DNA from: an uncultured Clostridia bacterium
Lineage (GTDB): Bacteria > Bacillota > Clostridia > Christensenellales > CAG-138
DNA: 64,000 bases
NCBI GenBank assembly: GCA_947306125.1
Contig: CAMZFO010000001.1
Span: forward strand, 3,153 to 67,152
Direction: 5' to 3'
Made by a program: the position numbers and the translations under genes. The notes beneath the pieces are model-generated. The model ran no database searches. It was not told where the DNA came from and saw nothing but the letters and a program-made list of their open reading frames with translations. Positions 36,538 to 45,387 of the stretch are shown here, piece after piece (positions within the stretch are counted from its first letter, which is position 1; each line of letters begins with the position of its first letter).

Positions 36538-37731
36538 TCAATGGTGGAAGAGCCTTATGCCGTTCATCACCATAGTGATCCCCAGGCGGTCGCACTCGTC
36601 TATTACCTCTTGGTCGCGCTTGGAGCCGCCGGCCTGGACTATATAGCGAACGCCGCTCTTCGCCGCCCTCGTGATATTATCGGAGAAGGGGAAGAAGGCA
36701 TCAGAGGCAAGGGCTATCCCCTGCCTGCCCGCGAGGAACTCCCGCTTCTCTTCGCGGGTGAGCTCCTCGGGCTTCTCGGAGAAGAAGCGCTGCCATTCGC
36801 CCTCTGCCAACACGTCCTCCGAATGATCGGAGATATAGCAGTCGATGCAGTTGTCGCGGTCGGGGCGGCCTATGCCCTCGCGGAAGGGAAGGCCCAGAAC
36901 CTTCTCATGCTCGCGCAGGAGCCAGTTGTCCGCCTTGTCCCCCGCGAGCCTCGTGCAGTGTATCCTCGACTGCTGACCCGCGCCGACGCCTATAGCCTGC
37001 CCGTCGTACGCATAGCATACGGAGTTGGACTGGGTATACTTGAGGGTTATCATGGCGACTATGAGGTCGCGCACGGCGGATGCGGGCAGCTCCTTGTTCT
37101 CGGTGACTATATTCGTGAGCACGGAAGCGTCGAGCTTCGCGTCGTTGCGCTTCTGGGTGAAGCGGACGCCGAAAACCTCCTTGTTCTCGCTTTCGGAGGC
37201 CTCGTAACCGGGATCCATCTTTATCACGCAGTATTTGCCGCCCTTTTTGGTGCGCAGGAGCTCCAGCGCTTCCTCGTCGTAATCGGGGGCGATGACGCCG
37301 TCGGAGACCTCGGGCTTTATCACCCTCGCGGTGGTAAGATCGCATTTATCGGAGAGCGCTATAAAATCGCCGAAGCTCGACATGCGGTCGGCTCCCCTCG
37401 CCCTTGCATAAGCGCAGGCGAGCGGGGACTCGTTGATATCCTCTATATCGCCGACGAAGAGCTTCTTCTTCATCACGTCGGAAAGCGGAGTGCCGACGGC
37501 GGCGCCTGCCGGGCTGACGTGCTTGAAGGACGCCGCGGCGGGCATGCCGGCCGCCGCGCGCAGCTCACGGACGAGCTGCCAGGAATTGAAGGCGTCGAGG
37601 AAATTAATGTAGCCGGGATTGCCGTTGAGCACCTCAAAGGGGAGCTCGCTCCCGTCGGGCATGGAGAGGCTTGCCGGGTCCTGATTGGGATTGCAGCCGT
37701 ATTTTAACTTGAGCTCTTTCATTGCGTTCAC
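36538..37731 (-). CDS. purH: AICAR formyltransferase (PurH transformylase domain only, no MGS/IMPCH domain)
   Basis: 397 aa: ...LKYGCNPNQ..., ...QAGGSKRDQEVIDECD... There is no N-terminal IMP cyclohydrolase domain. Confidence 0.85.
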   Translation of the reverse strand: MNAMKELKLKYGCNPNQDPASLSMPDGSELPFEVLNGNPGYINFLDAFNSWQLVRELRAAAGMPAAASFKHVSPAGAAVGTPLSDVMKKKLFVGDIEDINESPLACAYARARGADRMSSFGDFIALSDKCDLTTARVIKPEVSDGVIAPDYDEEALELLRTKKGGKYCVIKMDPGYEASESENKEVFGVRFTQKRNDAKLDASVLTNIVTENKELPASAVRDLIVAMITLKYTQSNSVCYAYDGQAIGVGAGQQSRIHCTRLAGDKADNWLLREHEKVLGLPFREGIGRPDRDNCIDCYISDHSEDVLAEGEWQRFFSEKPEELTREEKREFLAGRQGIALASDAFFPFSDNITRAAKSGVRYIVQAGGSKRDQEVIDECDRLGITMVMNGIRLFHH

Positions 37732-37745
37732 CTTTCCTTTTTGCC

Positions 37746-38447
37746 TTATTCGTTCTTGTTTATGAGCCTGTCGGTGTATTCCATGGTGACGGGATCCACG
37801 AAACGGACGTAGAGCGCGACCTTGTTGTCCTCGTTGATGCCGTTCCAGACCTTATCGGTGAATTCGTCGATATCCTCGACAGCCTCCACCTCCCAGGGCT
37901 CGCCGGAGAAAGTCTTCAGGACCTCCGTGCCGCCCATGTAAGTATGGATATAGTGGGCCACGCCGGGCTGCGCCTCATAGCGGTAGAAATACCTGCTGCA
38001 AACGCTGCCTGCGCTGTCGCCCGCCTTGAGCACGGAAAGCTCGAACGAGGGGACGCCGTCCTCCACCGTTACGAGGCCGCTTATGCGCGCCGTGAAATGG
38101 GGAGGATCGGGCTCGAAGCAGCGGGTGGCGAGAGCGGACTCGAACGTGCCGCCCAGAACGAGCGCGTCGTAAACGGTCTCGGTCTGGTCGCCGTTGGTGA
38201 CTATTATCCTGTTCCCGAGCACCCTGAGCGGAGAATAGACGATGAGCTCCGCGTGCTCCGGATCCTTATCCGCCGTATATTTGATAGCCAGATCGTCGCC
38301 CATGCGGACGAACCTGCGGGCGCGGCTGGAGGCCGACCTGCCCATTATGAAATAGGCGATGGCGATCCTGCCGCCGGGGGTCATGCCCAGTATTATTCCG
38401 CGGCCGGAATACTGCTGTGTGCGAAGGAGGGGGTATAATTCGTTCAT
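37746..38447 (-). CDS. IMP cyclohydrolase, stand-alone PurO-like type
   Basis: MNELYPLLRTQQYSGRGIILGMTPGG... Start set at ATG 38447 (AAGGAGA SD 6 nt upstream); ATG 38453 overlaps the purN stop as ATGA. The track start 38528 is an extension into purN. Confidence 0.8.
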   Translation of the reverse strand: MNELYPLLRTQQYSGRGIILGMTPGGRIAIAYFIMGRSASSRARRFVRMGDDLAIKYTADKDPEHAELIVYSPLRVLGNRIIVTNGDQTETVYDALVLGGTFESALATRCFEPDPPHFTARISGLVTVEDGVPSFELSVLKAGDSAGSVCSRYFYRYEAQPGVAHYIHTYMGGTEVLKTFSGEPWEVEAVEDIDEFTDKVWNGINEDNKVALYVRFVDPVTMEYTDRLINKNE

Positions 38448-38449
38448 AT

Positions 38450-39061
38450 TCATTCTCCTTGTTCGGATATGTCCTTTATCGAGAGCCTTTGGGCAAGCAT
38501 TTCCGCGGCCTGAGGCAGGAGCTTCCATTCCGCCTGCTCCATCACGCGGCGCTGAAGTATTTCGGGAGTGTCGCCCTCCTCTATGCAGACGGCCTTCTGC
38601 AAAAGTATGGGGCCTGCGTCCGCCTCGGCGGTGACTATATGCACCGTCGCGCCCGTGACCTTGACGCCACGGGCAAGCGCCGCCTCGTGCACCCTGAGGC
38701 CGTAAAAGCCCTTGCCGCAGAAGGAGGGGATGAGCGAGGGATGCACGTTTATTATGCGGCCCTGCCAGCGGTCGATGAAGCCCGCCGAGAGTATCCGCAG
38801 AAAGCCCGCGAGGATTATCATTTCAATGCCGCGGGCGGTGAGCTCAGCTTCAAGCTCCGCCTCGAAATCCGGACCGTTGGGGATGAAAAGCCCCGGTATC
38901 CCGGCGTTTTCCGCCCTTGTGAGCGCGTAAGCGCCGGGGCGGTTGGACACGACGAGCTCAAGCCCGACGCTCGGCAGCTCGCCACGGGCGGAAGCGTCTA
39001 TGAGCGCCTGCAGATTCGTGCCGCCCCCGGAAACGAGAACGGCGGTATTCACGCTCAGCAT
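38450..39061 (-). CDS. purN: Phosphoribosylglycinamide formyltransferase
   Basis: 203 aa: ...[16 protein letters not shown]..., ...[14 protein letters not shown]..., ...GATVH.V....D.G.I. Confidence 0.95.
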   Translation of the reverse strand: MLSVNTAVLVSGGGTNLQALIDASARGELPSVGLELVVSNRPGAYALTRAENAGIPGLFIPNGPDFEAELEAELTARGIEMIILAGFLRILSAGFIDRWQGRIINVHPSLIPSFCGKGFYGLRVHEAALARGVKVTGATVHIVTAEADAGPILLQKAVCIEEGDTPEILQRRVMEQAEWKLLPQAAEMLAQRLSIKDISEQGE

Positions 39062-40092
39062 ACGACGATACCCTCGTCGGAAGCGATGACCTCGCCGACG
39101 GCATAGGCGTCGACGCCCGCCGCCTTGAGGACCTCGACCGCCCTTTCCGCCTGATTGGCGGGAACGGTCGCGACCATGCCCACGCCCATATTGAAAGTGT
39201 TGAACATATCGCGCTCGGGGATATTGCCGCGCTCGGCGATGAGGCGGAAAATGGGCAGCACGCGCACCTTCGCCTTTTCGACCCTTGCGGTCAGCCCCTT
39301 GGGGATAGCCCTGGGGATGTTTTCAAAGAAGCCGCCGCCGGTGATATGCGCGAGGGAGTGCACCTCCACAGCGCTGCGCAGCGCCTGAACGGGCTTGACG
39401 TAGAGCCTTGTGGGAGTCAGGAGCGCCTCGCCCAGCTTCATGCCGAGCTCGGGAACGTACTCGAAAAGCTCCTCGCCCTCGACGTCGAATATCTTCCTTA
39501 CCAGAGAGAAGCCGTTGGAATGCACGCCGGAGGAGGGCATGGCAATTATGACGTCGCCCGCGCGGACGTTATCGTTGCTCATGAGCTCGGACTTTTCAAC
39601 CACGCCCACGGAGAAGCCGGCAAGATCGTATTCGTTTTCGGGATAGAAGCCGGGCATTTCCGCGGTCTCGCCGCCGATAAGCGCACAGCCGGACTCGCAG
39701 CAGCCGTCGGCGACGCCCTTGACGATCTGCTCTATCCTTTCGGGGACGAGCTTGCCCGTGGCGATGTAATCCAGGAAGAATATGGGCTTGGCGCCGCTGC
39801 ATACGACGTCGTTAACGCACATGGCGACACAGTCGATCCCGATGGTATCGTGCTTGTCCATGCGGAAGGCGAGCTTCAATTTTGTGCCGACTCCGTCCGT
39901 GCCGGATATGAGGACGGGCTCCTTATAGCCCATGAGCTCGAATGCGCCGCCGAAGCCTCCGAGCTCCGAGGCGGTGCCCGCGATGTTGGTCCTGGCGACG
40001 TGATCCTTTATCCTCCTGACCGCCTCGTAACCGGCGGTGATATCGACGCCCGCGTCCGCGTAGCTCTTGCTGCTGCTCTTCATGCTGTTCAC
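39055..40092 (-). CDS. purM: Phosphoribosylformylglycinamidine cyclo-ligase (AIR synthase)
   Basis: 345 aa: ...YADAGVDI..., ...[11 protein letters not shown]..., ...[11 protein letters not shown]... Confidence 0.95.
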   Translation of the reverse strand: MNSMKSSSKSYADAGVDITAGYEAVRRIKDHVARTNIAGTASELGGFGGAFELMGYKEPVLISGTDGVGTKLKLAFRMDKHDTIGIDCVAMCVNDVVCSGAKPIFFLDYIATGKLVPERIEQIVKGVADGCCESGCALIGGETAEMPGFYPENEYDLAGFSVGVVEKSELMSNDNVRAGDVIIAMPSSGVHSNGFSLVRKIFDVEGEELFEYVPELGMKLGEALLTPTRLYVKPVQALRSAVEVHSLAHITGGGFFENIPRAIPKGLTARVEKAKVRVLPIFRLIAERGNIPERDMFNTFNMGVGMVATVPANQAERAVEVLKAAGVDAYAVGEVIASDEGIVVC

Positions 40093-40106
40093 TCCTTTAC
40101 CGTTCT

Positions 40107-40589
40107 TTATGAATTGAGTTTCCTGTCCTTTTCGGCCACCGCTTCCGCCATGAGCTCCTTCTCATGCGCAAGACGCCCGGCAAGCTCCGGCTCGCCCAGA
40201 GCCAGTATCCTTGCGGCGAGCCACGCGGCGTTTGCTCCGCCGTCGATGGCGACCGTGGCGACCGGTATGCCGGAGGGCATCTGCACCGTGGAAAGCAGCG
40301 CGTCCATGCCGCCCAGATCGGGGGACTTTATGGGCACGCCGATCACGGGAAGGCAGGTCTGCGCGGCTATGACGCCCGCAAGATGCGCCGCCTTGCCAGC
40401 GAAGGCGATGATGACGCCGAAGCCCTCGTCGCGGGCGGAGGAGGCGAACGCCGCGGTCCTTTCGGGAGTGCGGTGCGCGCTCATTATATGCGCCTCGTAA
40501 GGCATCTCGAGTTTTTTCAGTACCGATATGGCTTTTTCTGCAATGGGAAGATCGCTGTCGCTTCCCAGTATGAGAGCGGTTTTCTTCAT
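40107..40589 (-). CDS. purE: 5-(carboxyamino)imidazole ribonucleotide mutase
   Basis: 160 aa: ...[14 protein letters not shown]..., ...SAHRTPER..., ...[20 protein letters not shown]. Confidence 0.95.
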   Translation of the reverse strand: MKKTALILGSDSDLPIAEKAISVLKKLEMPYEAHIMSAHRTPERTAAFASSARDEGFGVIIAFAGKAAHLAGVIAAQTCLPVIGVPIKSPDLGGMDALLSTVQMPSGIPVATVAIDGGANAAWLAARILALGEPELAGRLAHEKELMAEAVAEKDRKLNS

Positions 40590-40706
40590 ATTTCTCCGTT
40601 TCCCCGCGATGCGGAAGTAATAGTTTTGTCAGTATTCCGGGAGCGGTCACAAACATTTGACCATGATATCACTAAGGCATACCCTATTGGTAATACCTTT
40701 GATGAA

Positions 40707-40735
40707 ATAATACCATAAAACCAAGCAAAAGTAAA
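40707..40735 (-). promoter_or_regulatory. Sigma-A promoter of the purine operon
   Basis: Minus strand: TTTACT-17 nt-TATTAT with TGG upstream of the -10 (extended -10). This leaves a leader of about 115 nt before purE. Confidence 0.55.
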
Positions 40736-40801
40736 GAGCGGGCGGGCGCTTTGCCGATGTATATTTGTTTCCGGCTGCAGCCGTTTTTTCCGCTTTTGCG
40801 G

Positions 40802-40831
40802 TTGCCCGGAGCGCCACCTCCATGATATAAT
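40802..40831 (+). promoter_or_regulatory. Candidate sigma-A promoter of the ygjP-like/GNAT genes
   Basis: TTGCCC-18 nt-TATAAT with TGA upstream of the -10. It is divergent from the pur promoter. Confidence 0.5.
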
Positions 40832-40866
40832 AAGGGGCGAGAACGATTTGGGAAAGGAAAGGCGAT

Positions 40867-41424
40867 ATGGCGCTTTACAAGCTTATAAGGAGCCGGAGAA
40901 AGACCATTGCGATCACCGTCGGACGCGACGGCACGGCGGCCGTCCGGGCGCCTCTGCATGCCTCGAAGGCCCAAATAGACAAGGCGATTCGCGACGCGGC
41001 GCCGTGGATAGAAAAGCAGCGCGCGAAGATGGAGGCGGAAGCCCGCCGCGCCGAGGCCGCGGGAGCGCTCGGCGAAGACGAATTGAAGGCGCTTTCGAAG
41101 GCTATGAAGACCGCGCTCGCGGTAAAGCTCCCCGTTTTCGCCGCCCGGGTCGGGGTCGCCTACGGGCGGGTCACGGTGCGCTGTCAGCGCTCGAAATGGG
41201 GAAGCTGCTCCGCAAAGGGGAACCTCAATTTCAACTGTCTTCTTATGCTCGCGCCCGAGGCCGTGCTCGACTACGTGATAGTGCACGAGCTCTGCCACAG
41301 GAAGCATATGGATCATTCAAAGGAGTTCTGGGCGGAAGTGGAGCGCGCCTGCCCGGGATACAAGGCGCAGAAGAAATGGCTGAAGGACAACGGCGGAACG
41401 CTCATGAGGAGGGCGAATGGATAA
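40867..41424 (+). CDS. YgjP-like (DUF45/M48-related) zinc metallopeptidase-fold protein
   Basis: 185 aa: ...QRSKWGSCSAKGNLNFNCLLMLAPEAVLDYVIVHELCHRKHMDHSKEFW (HExxH). Confidence 0.8.
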   Translation: MALYKLIRSRRKTIAITVGRDGTAAVRAPLHASKAQIDKAIRDAAPWIEKQRAKMEAEARRAEAAGALGEDELKALSKAMKTALAVKLPVFAARVGVAYGRVTVRCQRSKWGSCSAKGNLNFNCLLMLAPEAVLDYVIVHELCHRKHMDHSKEFWAEVERACPGYKAQKKWLKDNGGTLMRRANG

Positions 41425-42337
41425 CGGTATTGTATTCTATGATACGAGCGATCTTAAAGACGGAGAGATAATGCTCCGCCTCGTGCGGACGGCCGGGGCG
41501 CAGCCCGAAAAAAGGTGGCTGCCCGCCTATTATTTCGATATCTGCCTTGAGGACGGCGCCAGAATAGGCGCATGCGATCTGCGTATAGGGCATAACGACA
41601 AAACCTATATAGGCGGCAATATCGGCTACGGAGTGGACGAGGCTTACCGCGGGCACGGGTACGCCGCAAGGGCCTGCAGGCTGCTTTTCCGCCTTGCCCG
41701 AAAGCACGGCATGGATCGCCTTTATATCACCTGCGATCCGGATAACGCAGCCTCCGCCAAGACCTGCCTGAACGCGGGCGGGAGGTTCATAGAGACCGCC
41801 GATATACCCGAGGACAACGAGCTTTATGCCGAGGGCAAGCGCAAGGCCGCCGTTTACCTATTCGAGCTCGGGAAAAGGAGCGCGGAGGAGCTTGAGGCGC
41901 TCTTTGAAAAATACTGCAAAAAGCTGAGGATAAGCCCTCAGTGGGACGTCAAGCTCGAGCTCATCGACGATCCCGGCTGGCGCAAGACGGGCGATTTCAA
42001 GATTGACTGCGACGACCGCAAGGCGATACTGATGCTGAACGCGGCGAACCCCAAGCGGCAGAATCTCGAGGAGGTAATAGTCCACGAGCTGATGCACATA
42101 AAGCTTTACCCGCTTGATCAGGTGACGGAATCGCTGATCACGGCGAGCTTTGCGGAGGGCTCGAAGGAGAGCGAATTCGCATACACGCAGTTCTTTTCCG
42201 CCCTCGAGCAGACCGTGGAGGAGCTGACGAAATGCTTCCTCTTCGAGTTCGGCGAGGACAGGGAGCTCTCGTTCGGCCGGTGCGCGGCGGGAAAGTCCTT
42301 CGACGAGCTTTACAACGGGCTCAAAAATCTTGAATAA
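41417..42337 (+). CDS. GNAT N-acetyltransferase fused to a YgjP/SprT-like HExxH module
   Basis: 306 aa, overlapping the previous gene by 8 nt. The N-terminal half carries the GNAT core (...GNIGYGVDEAYRGHGYAARACRLLF...). The C-terminal half reads ...DCDDRKAILMLNAANPKRQNLEEVIVHELMHIKLYPLD. Confidence 0.7.
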   Translation: MDNGIVFYDTSDLKDGEIMLRLVRTAGAQPEKRWLPAYYFDICLEDGARIGACDLRIGHNDKTYIGGNIGYGVDEAYRGHGYAARACRLLFRLARKHGMDRLYITCDPDNAASAKTCLNAGGRFIETADIPEDNELYAEGKRKAAVYLFELGKRSAEELEALFEKYCKKLRISPQWDVKLELIDDPGWRKTGDFKIDCDDRKAILMLNAANPKRQNLEEVIVHELMHIKLYPLDQVTESLITASFAEGSKESEFAYTQFFSALEQTVEELTKCFLFEFGEDRELSFGRCAAGKSFDELYNGLKNLE

Positions 42338-42350
42338 GCGCCGGGATTTA

Positions 42351-42379
42351 TTGACAATCCCGCGATATGCTGATATAGT
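42351..42379 (+). promoter_or_regulatory. Consensus sigma-A promoter of the DUF853-NERD pair
   Basis: TTGACA-17 nt-TATAGT, 30 nt upstream of ATG 42410 (AAGGAG SD). Confidence 0.7.
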
Positions 42380-42409
42380 AATACCATTATAACATAAGGA
42401 GTTTTCATA

Positions 42410-43900
42410 ATGCTCAAGGACGGAAGGATACTGGTCGGTAAGGGCAGGACCGAATGCTTTATACTCCCCTCTATGGCTAACCGCCACGGGCTCATAGCCG
42501 GCGCGACAGGCACGGGCAAGACCATCACGCTCAAGGTGATGGCGGAGTCCTTCTCCGATCTGGGCGTGCCCGTTTTCCTGGCGGACGTCAAGGGCGACCT
42601 TGCGGGCTGTGTGAAGCCCGGCGATTTTTCCGCTATAGAAAAGCGCGTGATAAGCCTCGGCATGGATGCCGAGAGCTTCCCTATGAAGCGCTTCCCGGTC
42701 AGGTTCTGGGACGTTTTCGGCGAGGGCGGACACCCTGTGAGGACTACCGTTTCCGAGATGGGGCCGACTCTTCTCGCGCGGCTTTTGGGGCTCACGGAGG
42801 TGCAGACGGGCGTGCTCGCGATAGTCTTCCGCGTTGCGGACGACAAGGGCTGGCTGCTTGAGGATCTCAAGGATCTGCGGTCGATGGTCGCCTACTGCTC
42901 CGAGCATTCCGGCGAAATACTCAACGAATACGGGAATATCTCCAAGCAGTCCGCGGGAGCCGTGCAGCGCGCTCTGCTGCAGCTCGAGGACGCGGGCGGC
43001 GACATATTCTTCGGCGAGCCCGCGATTGAGCTCTCCGACTGGATGCAGCGCAACGAGGACGGGCGCGGATACATAAACGTTTTCCACTGCGCGAGGCTTT
43101 ACCGCTCTCCCCTGCTCTACTCGACCTTCATGCTCTGGCTCCTTGCGGAGCTCTTCGAGGAGCTGCCCGAGGTGGGCGACCTTGAAAAGCCCAAGCTCGT
43201 GTTCTTCTTCGACGAGGCGCATCTGCTCTTCAACGATTCCACGAAGGCCCTGCGCGACAATATCGAGCAGGTCGTGAAGCTCATCCGCTCCAAGGGCGTC
43301 GGCGTCTATTTCATCACTCAGCAGCCCTCCGACGTGCCCGATCCCGTTCTTGCTCAGCTCGGCAACCGCGTGCAGCACGCGCTCCGCGCCTACACCCCCT
43401 CCGAGCAGAGGGCGATAAGGGCCGCGGCGCAGACCTTCCGCACGAATCCCGAATTCGATACCGAGGAGGCGATAACCTCGCTTGGCACGGGCGAAGCGGT
43501 CGTGAGCTTTTTGGATGAGAAGGGCAGGCCCAATATCTGCGAGCGCGTGACGGTGCTCCCGCCGCAGTCCATGATGGGCGCCATCGACGACGAGCGCCGC
43601 AGGGCGGAGATAGAGGCGGACGAGCTCAACGGCAAATACGATACGACCGTGGACAACGAATCCGCCTATGAGATAATCAACGCCGACCGCGCCGAGCAGC
43701 AGAAGAAGGCCGAGGAGGAGGCCAAGGCCCTCGAGGAGCGTAAGGCCAGGGAAAAGGCCGAGAAGGAGAAGGCGAAAAAGAAGGCCGCGAGGAAGAAGAA
43801 CTCGACTCTCGGTAAGGTCGCCAACTCCACCATCAGCTCGATAGGCAGGGAGCTCGGAAGGTCCATTTTCCGCGGCATACTGAGCATTTTCAAGAAATAA
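42410..43900 (+). CDS. HerA-like P-loop ATPase (DUF853/YjgR family) with Lys/Glu-rich C-terminal tail
   Basis: 496 aa: ...ANRHGLIAGATGTGKTITLKV (Walker A), ...KLVFFFDEAHLLF (Walker B). The C-terminus AEQQKKAEEEAKALEERKAREKAEKEKAKKKAARKK is followed by an amphipathic end. Confidence 0.8.
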   Translation: MLKDGRILVGKGRTECFILPSMANRHGLIAGATGTGKTITLKVMAESFSDLGVPVFLADVKGDLAGCVKPGDFSAIEKRVISLGMDAESFPMKRFPVRFWDVFGEGGHPVRTTVSEMGPTLLARLLGLTEVQTGVLAIVFRVADDKGWLLEDLKDLRSMVAYCSEHSGEILNEYGNISKQSAGAVQRALLQLEDAGGDIFFGEPAIELSDWMQRNEDGRGYINVFHCARLYRSPLLYSTFMLWLLAELFEELPEVGDLEKPKLVFFFDEAHLLFNDSTKALRDNIEQVVKLIRSKGVGVYFITQQPSDVPDPVLAQLGNRVQHALRAYTPSEQRAIRAAAQTFRTNPEFDTEEAITSLGTGEAVVSFLDEKGRPNICERVTVLPPQSMMGAIDDERRRAEIEADELNGKYDTTVDNESAYEIINADRAEQQKKAEEEAKALEERKAREKAEKEKAKKKAARKKNSTLGKVANSTISSIGRELGRSIFRGILSIFKK

Positions 43901-43942
43901 GACAGGTTTTTCAAAAGGGAGGGATGCACGATCCCCAAGGCA

Positions 43943-44698
43943 TTGACGATCGTTTTAGCCGTGCTCGCGGGCTGCGGGCTGCTCGCCGCCGCAGGAGCCG
44001 CGCTTTACCGCGCTCTTAAGCACAGGCATTATAAGGATACGCAGTACCACAAGGTGACGGGCAACACCCGCCGCGACCTCATAAACGACGTATCCAAGCA
44101 GAGCGAATACCTCATATACTCGGCCCTGAGGAGCTATGAGGAAAGCGGCGCGAGGTTCCTTTTCAACACCTACATACCCAAGGCGAAAGGCGGCACGACG
44201 GAGATAGACGTGCTGATGATAACCAACAGGGGCATATTCGTGTTCGAGAGCAAGAGCCGCTACGGCTGGATAGAGGGCTCGGACACGGAGAAGGAGTGGT
44301 CGCAGTTCCTCTTCCGCAAGGACGGCACTCTTATACGGAACAGGATCTACAACCCCGTGCGCCAGAACCACGGGCATATCGCACATCTGAGGAAGCTCAT
44401 CGGCGGCGACGTGAAGATGTGGTCGGTCATCGTGTTCTCCGACAAGACCGACATAGACAGGATAAAGGTGAGCTACCCCGACACCTACGTCACGAAGGAA
44501 TGCGATCTTGCGAAGGTGGTCGGCAACATATTCTGGAACGCCAAGCGCAATATCACCGAGCGCGATATCACGAGCATCTATTTCAAGCTCTATCAGTACG
44601 CGAAGGTCTCCGACAGCGAAAAGGAAAAGCATATAGAGGACATAAAGCACAGATACCTTTCCGGAAAGAAGCTGAAAGGCAAGAAAAAGGTCAAATAA
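43943..44698 (+). CDS. NERD (nuclease-related domain) protein with N-terminal TM helix
   Basis: 251 aa: ...TTEIDVLMITNRGIFVFESKSRYGWIEGSDTEKEWSQ... The start is a TTG in the track with a weak SD, so the exact start is uncertain. It lies 42 nt after the DUF853 gene with no terminator between them. Confidence 0.75.
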   Translation: MTIVLAVLAGCGLLAAAGAALYRALKHRHYKDTQYHKVTGNTRRDLINDVSKQSEYLIYSALRSYEESGARFLFNTYIPKAKGGTTEIDVLMITNRGIFVFESKSRYGWIEGSDTEKEWSQFLFRKDGTLIRNRIYNPVRQNHGHIAHLRKLIGGDVKMWSVIVFSDKTDIDRIKVSYPDTYVTKECDLAKVVGNIFWNAKRNITERDITSIYFKLYQYAKVSDSEKEKHIEDIKHRYLSGKKLKGKKKVK

Positions 44699-44706
44699 CA
44701 GCATTC

Positions 44707-44742
44707 AAAAAGCTGCCCTGCATATCCGGGCAGCTTTTTTTT
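44707..44742. terminator. Bidirectional rho-independent terminator between convergent genes
   Basis: AAAAAGCTGCCC-loop-GGGCAGCTTTTTTTT, with an A-run on one side and a T-run on the other. Confidence 0.8.
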
Positions 44743-44809
44743 GCGACCTTGGGTCGGGCTTTGTCTTCAGCATTACAATGCTTTTGCGGGAACGCCTTCG
44801 GGCCCCGCG

Positions 44810-45331
44810 TCAATACGTTACATCGCTGACGGCGAGGAGCAGAACGGCGGCGGATATAAACAGCGCTTCGCAGACGAGCAGTACGACGCCCGTTACGCGG
44901 GGCGCTTTTTCCTTCAGTATCGCACGGAGCACGGCATAAAGCCCCACGCCCAGCGCCGTGCCGGCGGTATTGAGTAGGATATCGGTGATATCCGCGGCGC
45001 CTATGCGGAAAGCATACTGGAAAGCCTCGAAAAAGAGGCTGATGAGGAAGCCGACCGCAACAGCGCCCCACGCGCGGCGGGGCCTGCCGAGCGCGGATAG
45101 GAGCATGCCGAGGGGCACGAACGCGATAAGATTGAATACGAGCTCCTTTACGGCTTCACGCGGGTTGCCGAGCATCGCCCCGAAGGGCACGAGGTTTATC
45201 GGGCTCCTGTATCCGTTCAGATCAAATATCAGCTCACGCGGCGGCAGGAACTTAAAGAGTATCGCCCACGCGAGCAGTAAAAGATACAGCACGAGGGCGA
45301 TTATCACGACGGTATTGTTCTTTTTGTTCAT
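44810..45331 (-). CDS. VanZ family membrane protein
   Basis: Start at ATG 45331 (MNKKNNTVVIIALVLYLL, GGGAGG SD 8 nt upstream). VanZ-like core: ...NLVPFG..., ...SLFFEAFQ..., ...ADITDILLNTAGTALG. Confidence 0.8.
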   Translation of the reverse strand: MNKKNNTVVIIALVLYLLLLAWAILFKFLPPRELIFDLNGYRSPINLVPFGAMLGNPREAVKELVFNLIAFVPLGMLLSALGRPRRAWGAVAVGFLISLFFEAFQYAFRIGAADITDILLNTAGTALGVGLYAVLRAILKEKAPRVTGVVLLVCEALFISAAVLLLAVSDVTY

Positions 45332-45387
45332 CGGCATGACCTCCCGGGTATGTGTGTTAACTATATTAGCACACATAACGCCCGTTG

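Noticed and set aside
40590-40706. Possible purine riboswitch in the purE leader (strings AUCAUGG, GUUUGUGACC, CCGGAAUAC and ACUAUUACU vaguely resemble L2, J2/3, L3 and J3/1)
   Set aside because: P2 and P3 helices cannot be drawn: P2 gives only 3 bp and P3 none. J2/3 has an insertion and lacks the conserved UCUACC. I therefore do not call it; a covariance-model scan would settle the matter.
41858-43378. 506-aa minus-strand ORF across the GNAT and DUF853 genes
   Set aside because: It is antisense to two plus-strand genes with Walker motifs and a GNAT core. It spans their intergenic promoter and has no RBS. The product is low-complexity.
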